Notes: generated from the sequence alone by a model not told the origin. A DNA stretch of 41,800 nucleotides from Octopus sinensis (GCF_006345805.1 NW_021835899.1:1-41800), one strand, 5' to 3'. Counted from the first letter of the stretch, positions 11,641 through 23,795 are shown. Program-made: numbers and translations.

Positions 11641-12137
11641 TGTATGTGTGTTTTTACAGCACATTGTGTCATTTGATAACATTTATATTCGGAATCCATA
11701 TGATACTTTGAAATTTCGTGTAAGAAATCTGCGCAAAATTACCGAAAACGCATACAAAAACAAAAGAAAAACAATTATAAAGAAAAAAAATATCAAAACA
11801 AGCACAAAAATACAAATAAAAACGTTTAATTTTTTTGTTGTACGTTTTCATTAATTTTATCATATTTTTCACATGTGCAAATGTCTTGCTATTATAATAA
11901 TGAATATTCATAGATATTTTTTAAAAAATGTAAAACATTATAAATATAATTATATGAATATAAAAATAAGAAGGAATGTTTTACTGGTGTAAAATCGCTC
12001 GCTCACACTGTCAGACAATTCATTTCTATTATAAACATGTAAAATAACTCAATGTGTCGTTTATTGATTCGTTTCCTCCTCAACTGACTTCAGAGATTAA
12101 AAATATAAGGTAAGAAAAAAAAATAAGGAGGGAGATG

Positions 12138-12155
12138 TAATAATAATAATAATGA

Positions 12156-12198
<43 letters not shown>

Positions 12199-12555
12199 GA
12201 AGAAGAAGAAGAAAAGAAGAAGAAGAAGAAGAAGAAGAAGAAAAAAGATGATTATAATAGTAATAAGACGAAGAAGACGAAGAGAAGGAAGATGAAGAAG
12301 AAAGGAGACGAAGAGGATGAAGAAGAAGGAGGAGAAGAAGAAGAAGAAAGGAGACGAAGAAGATAAAGTAGAAGGAGGAGAAAGTGAAGAAGAAGACGAC
12401 GAAGAAGAAGAAAATGAAGAAGTAGAAGAATAGTAGAAGAAGAAGAAGGAGGAGGAGGAGGAGGAGAAGGAGAAGAAGAAGAAGAAAAAGAAGAAGAAGA
12501 AGAAGAAATTTTATGCTTCTGGTGACGATGATGACGATATTGATTTTGATCATGA

Positions 12556-12619
<64 letters not shown>

Positions 12620-12666
12620 AATAATAATAATAATATTTACAACTACTACTTCTAATAATAACAATG

Positions 12667-12728
<62 letters not shown>
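12138..12728. repeat. compound trinucleotide array (TAA)n-(GAA)n/(GGA)n-(TAT)n-(TAA)n
   Basis: Direct reading. Confidence 0.95.
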
Positions 12729-13420
12729 CAACTGATTACAGATGCGCAAAACAGAGAACGTGTAAACACAGTCCAAAGAAAGAAATTACACGACATTCAT
12801 AATCATTACTAGATATACACATACATACATTCATATACATATATGTGTGTGTGTGTATGTGGGCGAGTGTGAGTGCGTGTATATACGTATATATGAATAT
12901 AACTATATATACATATATTCACTTATATATATTCATACATATATTTGCATGTATAAATAAATATGTATATGTGTGTGCGACCTAAAAGGTAGCTTAGTTG
13001 GTTCGGTGCGCACACATCTAGTTTTGTCTTTTGTTTTGGCATCAAAATTTTTTCTATTATTTCATTTGGAATCCTCATGATAGCGATGAGGTGATATTTT
13101 CATCTTGATCTAGCAGGCACTGCTTAATACTTATATCTATATGTGTGCTTATAAACATATACACATAGAAATTTATGCGTAATAAAATACAGCATAAAGA
13201 GATAGATATATATATAAATACACATACACACACATCCAAACATGCATACATGCTCTTTTTCTTGGAGAAAATTATATCGTGTAATTAATAAGTGAAATAT
13301 GTGAATTAGATAACAAATTTTATTTTCCGTGTACAATTGTTTAAATATGCCTAAGAATTTTTTTATTTCACTCTTATTTTATTTTTATTTCCTATATATA
13401 TTCACTATTTTTCTTTTCTC

Positions 13421-13805
<385 letters not shown>

Positions 13806-14231
13806 CTTAGTTATATTTTCTCTTTTCTAAATTTTAACGAATTCTCGTGAATGATAATTTTTTGTGTGATTTAAATTCTTTTTTGTGATTTAAACATATT
13901 TTGTGATTTAAATAATTTTTTTGCGTTTCTTCAATAATTATTTTTGAGAAGTATAATCCAAAGATATGTTTTTTTTTGACAGAATCCTTATGCACACAGT
14001 CTCATAAACATCTTCCCCACCACACACACACACGCACACTCACATATGTAGACTCAACTAGGCAGTCACATGCACGTAAAGTACAACGTAATATACCGGT
14101 TCCCCAAAACGCATGCATACACGCACTCACTGAAATATCCATTTTCACAGGGTACATCTTTACTATATCCCATAAATATTTATATTCATAAATGCATAAA
14201 TTATATGCATATATATATATATATATATATA

Positions 14232-14445
14232 ATGTGTTTATAGATAGAAGTAGGAAGACAACAAAAGAATGGAAGAGACCTCGATATTATGTAAATTGAG
14301 GAATTTCTCTGTAAATATAATAAGTGACAATTATTCGGTAGCCATGATAAAACTTCGAATTTAGGATGTCGGGGCGAAAACCCACGCCGCCATCTCTTCA
14401 GTTATCCAGACATCGAAAAGATGCTATATTTTGTTTATACATATA
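14232..14445 (-). mobile_element. short repeat abutting (TA)n with a degenerate hammerhead-like motif at 14346-14406
   Basis: Minus strand GATAA-CTGAAGA-hairpin-..AAATTCGAAGTT-TTATC; the 3' end runs into (TA)n at about 14231. Confidence 0.4.
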
Positions 14446-15332
14446 TATGCAAATTGTATGTAAGTGGGATTTTCTCTCTCCATCTCTCTCCCTTTGTCTT
14501 TATATGCAAATGAACAAGCATTAGTGTGTATATGTGTGTATGTATATATTTGTGCGACTGTATTTGTATGTTTAGGAATATTACGATTTAAATGCAGCTC
14601 TGTGTGAACAGTATCGGTTGCACATACATAGTAAATTCTTTTTGCTTATACGAACATTTGCTGAGGCATAGCATCTCGAAGAAGGTCCCTACTTGACAGC
14701 GAGTTTTATAATACACTGAATATCTCAGACGAGATGAGACAACTCGCCTCACTATCATATTACATATTTATATTTAGCCATAATTGAGGTTCATCGGTAC
14801 CATGAACTCGAAAGGCCTCAAAATGAAATAAGCCGTCCGTCTGAGAGATATTTGCAAATAGAATGAAGTCTATTTGCTGATGTGCTGCAGCGGGGCACAT
14901 ATTAAAGAAAAATAAATTCCGAATTAAAAGCAGCTCTACATTGTCTTAGCTGCTTTTAATACGTAATTTCATTCAGTTATCATTTCCAAATTAAATCTCA
15001 GCGTGTTGGGCGGCACGGGGTTGTAGCAGAATTCAGAAGCCGATTGTGCCGTGCACTGTAACTGAACTTGAAAATACGCGGTTGCAATGTGAGCACCCTA
15101 CACTTATAATTATGCACCCACAGAGACAAATACTAATTGATTTCCAGTATGCAGCTATTTCTGACTTACGATCTTCGAAGAATTTTGTCTGATTATATCG
15201 ATCCCAACGTCAGTTATATATCGAATCTAATAGAATTCGGTTTGATCTGGTTTAAAACCTATTTGAATTCTCTTGAGAAATTACATGCTCGCCTTGTCAT
15301 CCTTTAAACAAATTTGCAGCTTAAAAATATTT

Positions 15333-15564
15333 CTTTCTTTACTACCCACAAGAGGCTAAACACAGAGGGGACAAACAAGGATAGACAAACGGATTAAGTT
15401 GATTGCATCAACCCCAGTGCGTAAGTGGTACTTAATTTATCGATCCCGAAAGGATGAAAGGCAAAGTCGACCTCGGCAGAATTTGAACTCAGAACGTATC
15501 GGCAGACGAAATATGGCTACGCATTTCGCCCGGCGTGCTAACGTTTCTGCCAGCTCGCCACCTT
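15333..15564 (-). mobile_element. SINE family C, full length, with 20-bp TSD
   Basis: Head AAGGTGGCGAGCTGGCAGAAACG on the minus strand. TTTGCAGCTTAAAAATATTT occurs at 15313-15332 and 15565-15584. Confidence 0.9.
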
Positions 15565-15911
15565 TTTGCAGCTTAAAAATATTTATTGCCTGTGAATGTA
15601 GTGTCTTCAGTGAACTTGGATTAACTTGCATAAATAGTGTATTGCTGGTTTTAATTCTATTGATGTATTGTAATGTATTTCAATGTATTTCAATTAATTC
15701 GAAGAGAATGTGCTTCAAACTTCATTTTAATTATCAAGCTCGTGTTTTTGAACTTTCCCAGCATCAGCGAGAACCAGGATCCTTTTTTTAGTACGCTTGT
15801 AACCTCTAAGCGGTGGAATATGTTGCATGTATATGTATGCCGAACAAACAAACCTTTTTCTTAAGGATAATGTTAATACTTATTTTCACATGTAATATGT
15901 TCAAAAGCTTT

Positions 15912-16313
15912 GGGCGGCCAATTTTTCGCAGGGCGGAGAAACATTGGCCGCCCGAAGCTGAGGTACAGGCACGTGTGCAGGAGAGATATGAAGGCACTTA
16001 GCATCAACACCAATTCCTGGGAGGATCTTGCAGCCGACCGAACCAGCTGGAGAGGCACTCTTCACAAACAACTGCAGACCGGCGAAGAGAATTTGAGGAC
16101 GGCGACAGCTGAAAACCGAGCCGGCAAAAAAAGAAATGATAGCCAACAGACCGGATTCAACGTATAGGTGTGACCTCTGCAAACGACCTCTGCCACTCTA
16201 GCATCGGTCTCTACAGCCACAGGAGGCGTTGCAAAAACTGAATAGACAACTCAACGGAAGGATGATATCATCCATGGTCAGCCATGACCGACGGAGCCCC
16301 CACCACCACCACC
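15912..16313 (+). mobile_element. 5'-truncated RTE-clade LINE 3' end with C-terminal zinc finger
   Basis: Translates GRRNIGRPKLRYRHVCRRDMKALSINTNSWEDLAADRTSWR, then after frameshifts YRCDLCKR/CHSSIGLYSHRRRC*. The 3' UTR ends in (CAC)n. Confidence 0.85.
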
Positions 16314-16750
16314 AAAAGAAATCTTCAAATGCTATTATATTCTTTACTCTCTCACACAATAAAATTTGCAGTCTCTCTAGCGAAAAGTGTCGTAACATAT
16401 TCACTTTTCTTCGCGTTCTGTGTCAGCGTAAATTTATTTGACATTCCTGCGTTCTAGATTTCAAAAGAATGTACAGATGGGGAAAAATCGGTGCAGAAGC
16501 ATTATTCATAATTTCTACTCTCTCGCACGAAAATATTTAAAATTTCAATATCGAAAAGTGCCGTAACATACATACATTCACTTGCATCCTGTGTCGGGAT
16601 AAATTCATTTGATTTTCCTACTTTGCTGATGTCAGACGAATACACAGTATGTAAACGTCGATGTATTTTGTCTACCTGTTACTAGTGGAAGCATCACTTG
16701 CTTCTGCTTCATCCTCCTCCTTCTCCTCCTCCTCCTCCTCCTCATCATCA

Positions 16751-16828
16751 TCATCTGATAAAGAAAGTCAGAAAGTCATCTGATAAAGAAAGTCAGAAAG
16801 TCATCCGCTGATAAAGAAAGTCAGAAAG
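16751..16828. repeat. 25-bp tandem repeat, three copies
   Basis: TCATCTGATAAAGAAAGTCAGAAAG twice, plus a third copy with a 3-bp insertion. Confidence 0.95.
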
Positions 16829-17175
16829 AAACTTCATCATCGCTCTGTAAATCTTCCATTTGTGACATTTTTTCTCACATCGATATTTAATGAATGGTAG
16901 TAATAGCAAACAACGTTGAATAAGAAGTGGAAATGCTGTCAAACTATCAGCTTTCGACACAATTGAGCTGAAATAATAAGAATCTAATCCTTTTTCTTTG
17001 TTTTTCTGGAGAGACAAGAGACCATCCTATTATCACCCAGAGCCAGTTACAATTGCAGCAGGTGATTGGTTACTTGTCCTCGATCCGAAGAAAAATTTTA
17101 TTTAATCAAGAATTCTTCTTGTCTTTTCTAGTGTTGATTTCTTTCACACATACACATACGATAAAAGAAAACGAT

Positions 17176-17480
17176 AAACGTCGCCCTTTTGAAGCCTACC
17201 AAGGCTCATGGGCCCGGTTTCCCAGTTTCTGTGTCGTATGCGTTCCCCCCAGCTGGACGGGACGCCAGTCCATCGCCGCGTTACTCAAGAAACAGGAAGA
17301 GAGAGTGAGAGAAAGTTTTGGCGAAAGAGTACAACAGGGATCACCCCCCCTGCCGGAGCCTCTTGGAGCTTTTAGGTGTTTTCGCTCAATAAACACACAC
17401 AACGCCCGATCTGGGATTCGAAACCGCGATCCTCCGACCGCGAGTCCGCTGCCCTAACCACTGGACCATTGCACCTCCAC
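17176..17480 (-). mobile_element. SINE family A head with tail type 2
   Basis: 17290-17480 matches the family A head and body; 17176-17290 is unrelated to tail 1. Confidence 0.85.
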
Positions 17481-18552
17481 GATGCATACACATACGCACA
17501 CACACATATACACTCTCATTTACAGCAATTCTTAACAAGTTGGTGATAGAACTCTGTATAATTATGCTTCAGTATATACATAAAGTATGCTTCAGTATAT
17601 ACATAAATAAATGTACAGATACATATGTAAATGTATATGTAGATATAGATACAAAGATATATGCATACATGCTTATACAAGTATATACATATGTATATAT
17701 ACGCATATTTGCGCGTCTATATCCGTATATGTTTTATTCGTATGTGCGCCTTTTATAGGTAATAACCTTACGATTCCACAAACGTGTAACGGTGACGTAA
17801 GCACAAGTTTGAAAGTACAGGTATGTATATGATACCTTTAAAGCGTTGCCCCAACGGGGCCGTAACCCATTGACTTAAGGCAGTAATACAATATATTCAT
17901 ATAAAAAAAATGTCCTGTGTAAACAAGCCAAATGTCAAAAATAGTGTGAGGGAGTTGAAGTGACATTGTTTGAAATCAATGCCTTTTGCAAGTGTCTGGC
18001 GTGTAGTGAAATAAAATATCTACCACTCGCAATCAAAATTAAATAACTGTCTCAAGTTGTCTCGTCTACATCTCGACTATCATATATACATTTCCACAAG
18101 ATAATAATCCATTTAGTTTATTTCCCAAAGCACAAAGAAAGCTGTGAGACTGGTGGTAACCTCAGAATTAATAGAATCTTTAGTTTTATTTTATCCACTG
18201 TCCGGGTCACATTTCGTTAGATTTACAATCAGTGTTATGATGTAATGTAACAGATGCAGTAAAATATTCTGTTTAACATTGTGTTGCTTTCTCGATCATC
18301 AGCGCCAATATTAAAATAGGACATTCGTGATGTCAAGGAAGTAAAATGACTTACCTAGAAAGCCTTTAAGAGGACGCTAAAACCTGCCAAAAATAACAGT
18401 CAAATGTGTACCAGATTTTATTCTCTTGTGTTTTAAATGAAGGATATATAATTTTTGTTCAACTATTTAAAGCAATCGTTTAGAATTGTTAAATAATAAT
18501 AAAAAAACTTCAGTTTCATTATTTCCAATTTCCCCAGCGATAGATATATCCA

Positions 18553-18763
18553 CCGTCGTGTGTGTATATGCTTGTTTGTCTGTGTTTGTCCCCCCAACAT
18601 CGCTTGACAACCGATGCTGGTGTGTTTACGTCCCCGTAACTTACCGTTTCGGCAAAAGAGACCGATATAGAATAAGTCCTGGGGTCGATTTGCTCGACTA
18701 CTAAAGACGATGCTCCGGCATGGCCACAGTCAAATGATTGAAACAAGTAAAAGAATAAAAGAG
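18553..18763 (+). mobile_element. SINE family B, 3' half
   Basis: CATCGCTTGACAACCGATGCTGGTGTGTTTACGTCCCCG..GAAACAAGTAAAAGAATAAAAGAG. Confidence 0.85.
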
Positions 18764-19128
18764 TCGTACGAATCGTTATGGTTATAAAAACATTAAAAGT
18801 TAGCTAGCTGTAATGTTTGGCCGAGACTATTCTGAGACAAGGAAAATAATTCCAAACGTTTCTGGATATTTTAGCTTCATTAGCAGAAATATAGTCATCA
18901 TCATTGATTGTAAGCACTCTAATAACTGCTTTGCCGTATAGAAGATCATGTAAAAGATTTGAAAGTGACAATAAATCGAAATCATTGATAATTCGAATGT
19001 ATATAAAGCATCAGCGATTATGTATTTCAATCGTAACATACATTACGTTATTCCAAATATTTGAAACAACAAATTAGTTACATAAGACGATAAAAATAAA
19101 ATACCATCTGTTCTTCTCTCTCTTTCTC

Positions 19129-19161
<33 letters not shown>

Positions 19162-19394
19162 TCTCTGGCATATCTACAATAGATCCGCTGCTATTCTTCA
19201 TGCTAAATGAGAAACAATTAATTTCGATGTTAAAACTTAGACAGCCTTACACAGCACCCATTGCGCATCCACATTTTAACCATGATTATTCGTCTTTTAA
19301 TTTTTAGGAATACACAATGGAAAATTGCTAAAATTCTATAAAGTTCAATTCTATAAAGAACCTGAAATTATTTTTTATAAAAGATATATAAAAT

Positions 19395-19600
19395 TACGGA
19401 GTTGTACTTGCATAGCAAGTGATTTGATCTGAGATCGTGTGCTGGAACGAAAACAACTGCAGGGTGGAAGGTGTTTGTAAGCCATTTAAGAAACACACAA
19501 AAGCCGTTCGATTCACTTCAACATTTAAGTTTAATTTGTCAAAATATTTTTGTCGCTACAAGACCGCGACCTGTTCACTGACAAAAAATCCGTGCTCCAC
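19395..19600 (-). mobile_element. short repeat with a G3:C8 hammerhead-like motif; possible Penelope-like terminus
   Basis: Contains the motif at 19536-19584; its downstream end on the minus strand runs into a short TATATA. Confidence 0.45.
19536..19584 (-). ncRNA. hammerhead-like motif with swapped core pair (GUGAACA), G12 changed to A in this copy
   Basis: Minus strand TTGTCA-GTGAACA-G-GTCGC(GGTCTTGTA)GCGAC-AAA-AATATT-T-TGACAA. Confidence 0.5.
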
Positions 19601-19660
19601 GTTGCAATATATAAAATTGTGTGAAAGTATAGCAGACCTTTAATCTCTACGAAGCTTTCC

Positions 19661-19800
19661 AAGGTCACCGAGATCGACTTTGACATTCATCCTTTCAGAA
19701 TCGATGGCATAAACACTAGTTACGCACTGGGGTTGATATAATCGATTATCCCCGTCCCCCCAGATTTCAGACTTTGTGCCTCAAGTAGAAAGAATTAATA
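19661..19800 (+). mobile_element. SINE family C core and tail, diverged
   Basis: GAGATCGACTTTGACATTCATCCTTTCAGAATCGAT..TTACGCACTGGGGTTGAT. Confidence 0.65.
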
Positions 19801-20465
19801 TTGTTGTTGTTGCTGCTGCTGTTACAATTTCTATTATTATTGGGAAAATGGTGGTAAAGTCAGGAGACCAATGAAAATATTAATGGACTCCGTTGAGGCT
19901 CTAACAGTAATTCGGCTCGTTTATATTATGACACAATTTCAAACATCACTAATGCCCTTGGACAAAATTTGCCTTTCACCACATCCCGTCTCTCGTAACC
20001 AATAAAAATTCCTTTAAAATACATAGTATTTTCATGCCTAGTCGAATAAAAGACAATAATGTTTTGCTGAAATATACAGCTACAGATTAGGGAACAATTC
20101 TGTAGTTCAAATATAACAAATACAGAATAATATTACGCTGAGATAAGCGCACCCAGAAGGGATATAACGGGATATATAATGGAGGAATGGCGTAGGATAA
20201 ATAAAAAGGAACGTGCGCTTCGATTTAGTGTTTGTGTTGTAGTGTAGAGGTGGAGAAATCATATGAGTTGTAAAACCGAAAAAAATAAATTTCTCGCATA
20301 CAATGATCTATAAGATAGGAAGACAAACATTTCTGAATGTTTTTAAGTGTACAGGGAAACGCCTTCAGTAAAGCAAACAAACACGATCTCGCACAGAAGC
20401 ACACAAATACACATACAATTATATAACACACACACACACACACACACGCACACACACACACACAC

Positions 20466-20503
<38 letters not shown>

Positions 20504-20843
20504 AAACGTATATACACATACACACACTCACATACAAGGTTGCACACGTAAAAGCATATAAAATACATTCACAAATATTTGATTGTTTACAATCGTATTC
20601 AAGAATGCCGTTATATTTTAGATACACCATGTATATACACGTATATGTAGGTGTATAATTGCACTTTTTGCATATACATATATGCATCTATGCAAGCGAG
20701 AGCGTGTTTTTAAATAGTAGCAAAAACGAATTAAATATATTTAGAATATTAACATGCGTCAGCGCACTAAACAATAATAAAATTGAAAACGCACGTCATA
20801 AAAAATAACCACCACACACATATAAATATATATATATGTATAT

Positions 20844-20879
<36 letters not shown>

Positions 20880-21360
20880 TCATATATATATATATATATA
20901 TATATTTGTGTGTGTATGTGTGTGTACATATATATATATAGATATGTTCATATGCACATATAGATATGACTGCATTTGTATATATATATTTATGCTATAT
21001 ATATATATAACGTATATGCACAGACATACACACGCACACAGAGGTGTTATGTGTATGTGTGCTTGCGTGTGTGTGTGTTTTAGTGCATGAATGGAAAGCA
21101 AAGATAGAGAAATCTCCAAATTCGTGAAGCAGTGAAATGTCATATGTCTTAAGGTAAAATTCACTGAAATTAAAAAAAAAGAAACCGACACGCACATACG
21201 AACACACAAAAACACATGCACATACCCGTACGCGCATACACACATCCACGTAGCTGTACACACATCCACGCATCCACGCACACGTCTACATATACACACT
21301 CCTCAAAATCCTGTATATATATATATATACACTAACACATAAACGTTTAGTAGATTTTAC

Positions 21361-21396
<36 letters not shown>

Positions 21397-21436
21397 ACAT
21401 TTTTATGTATGTGTGCATACATACATACAAGTTTAG

Positions 21437-21469
21437 ATAGATAGATGAATAGATATATAGATAGATAGT

Positions 21470-21563
<94 letters not shown>

Positions 21564-21565
21564 GA
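21437..21565. repeat. (GATA)n microsatellite
   Basis: Direct reading. Confidence 0.95.
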
Positions 21566-22735
21566 TAGAGAAATCTTGGAAATGTATGCATGACCTTCAA
21601 TCACGTAATAATTTAAATAAGATATATATATATATGCATATATAATACATATGTGTACATACGTATATATGTATATAGATATCCATATATGGATACAGGA
21701 TGTCACAGAACGTAAAAACAACATGAAATAGATATAAGAAAACATGGAATACGAATATTTTTGGGAAACAACGAAAGAAACAAATGGAAAACAAGAGAAA
21801 CACGGTAAAGAACGATCCTTCATCTATTGTCGGCTCTATTTCGACTCAGTATTTCGAGCAATTCACGACAGGATACGCCTTCGACAAAACGGTTGCAGAG
21901 GGTGAAATTTGGTAACAAAAACCAGGAGAGTAAAAACAAACAGGAAAAGCTGCTAAGCCTAAACGACGTGAGGTGGTGAACGCTAGTGGAACAAGCTTTG
22001 ACAATAAACACACAAGAATGCGTCTGGTTCCTACAGCTGATCAGAAGGAAAGTAATTCAAGATAGAAAAAGAAAGATGGTCGATGGTCACGTGCGATCAA
22101 CGCTAGAGCAAAGGAGCAAGATTGAGGGAGAGAGGGGGAAAGACAGAGAACGGCGAAGGGAAGGGGAAAAGAACTATAGAAAGGATGAGAGAGAGAGAGA
22201 AAGGAAGAGAAAGGAAACGAAAGAAAAGTAGAATAGAACAAGTGTTGCATCATAATTATCAAAATAAATCATACTTGGAAAGGGATGCGTTGCGTTCAAT
22301 TATATAATAATATAAATAATATACATATGCATATATACGTATATATATGTACGTAGCTTTATTTAAGGAAGGAAAATGCACAAACTTTACATAGTTTTAA
22401 TATAAAGTTTAATATACCTTATATTGTTTGTCAACCTGTTTTGTTTTCGCTAATCATGAAATTAAAATTTATGTGTATATACATATGCATATATGGGCAC
22501 AGGACGTCATGATGTTCGACATTCTATTTGTTACTTTCGTTGTTTGTAAAAAATTTCGTATTCTAGGTTTACGTATTTCACATTTCATGTTGTTTCCGTT
22601 CTGTGATGTCCTGTACATTCTGTGCCAATATATGCATATGTATGTCTATACATATGTAAGTCTATACATATATGTAGGTATATAAGCCAATATATATATA
22701 ATTTATATTATTATTCGATTGAACGCCACGCATGC

Positions 22736-22767
<32 letters not shown>

Positions 22768-22942
22768 GTATATATATACATATATACATATATATATATA
22801 ATATATTATGCGTATATATATATTGTGACAGAATGGGACGAATTTCGATTATACCCACGTGGCGAGTTGCATATATAAGAAATTAAAGAAGAAAAATACA
22901 CACAATTTATATAGTTATAATATTAAGTTTAATGTATCTTAT

Positions 22943-23136
22943 ATTGTGTTTGTCGTCCGGTTTCGCTTTCGCTAATCATGAAATTAAATTTTAGTTGAAT
23001 ACATATTTTCTTAACAAAATCATTCATTCATGAACTCCACACAGAATGTGGACAAAAAAATTTCTTAGGAAAATACGTATTTAAAAATATTTTAACGTCA
23101 TGATTATCGAAAGCGAAACCTGTCGACAAACACAAT
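22943..23136. mobile_element. fold-back / MITE-like element with 39-bp inverted repeats
   Basis: 22943-22981 and 23098-23136 are reverse complements with 3 mismatches. Confidence 0.55.
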
Positions 23137-23626
23137 TTCATTTCTTATATCTGTGACAAAACCATGAATCAGTGACGTATCTTCCTCGCCCTCTTTCCTT
23201 CTCTCTCTTTCTCTATCTCTTAATCCATCTCGTCACCATCTTCAATAACCATCACGATATGCCTTTAGACTTTAATGAGAAATTATTCCCTCAAAACCTA
23301 CGTACACCTATCTATGATGAATATATGTGCATCTATCTACAAACGTATCTATTATCTAATTCATAGATATATGTATATATGACCATATATATATATATAT
23401 ATATATATATATCTTATATATATATATATAATATATAATAGGTGAGGACCGAAATCCTTCAAAGGGATATCAAACATTGAATCGAAGTTGGTCTACACTA
23501 AGAAGTTTTTCCTTTTATATATGTATGGGGCATATATATATATATGTATGCATATATACATACATTCAAATATACACACAAACACAAAACACACACACAC
23601 ACATATATATATATTGTATATGTATG

Positions 23627-23677
<51 letters not shown>

Positions 23678-23795
23678 TATATATATATACATACATTCAT
23701 GCATGCGTAAATGTGTTAAGTTTCTGCGTATGTATGTATAAAGGTAATACGTTCGTGTTTGTGTGTATGAGTGCCTGTATATGTTTATAATCATG

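Noticed and set aside
16751-16828. 25-bp repeats as a CRISPR array
   Set aside because: There are no spacers, only three copies, and the context is eukaryotic.
18262-18311. Minus-strand CTGATGA-TCGA-GAAA hammerhead core match
   Set aside because: Stem I does not pair next to the core, stem II is only 4 nt and it is not part of a visible repeat; likely chance.
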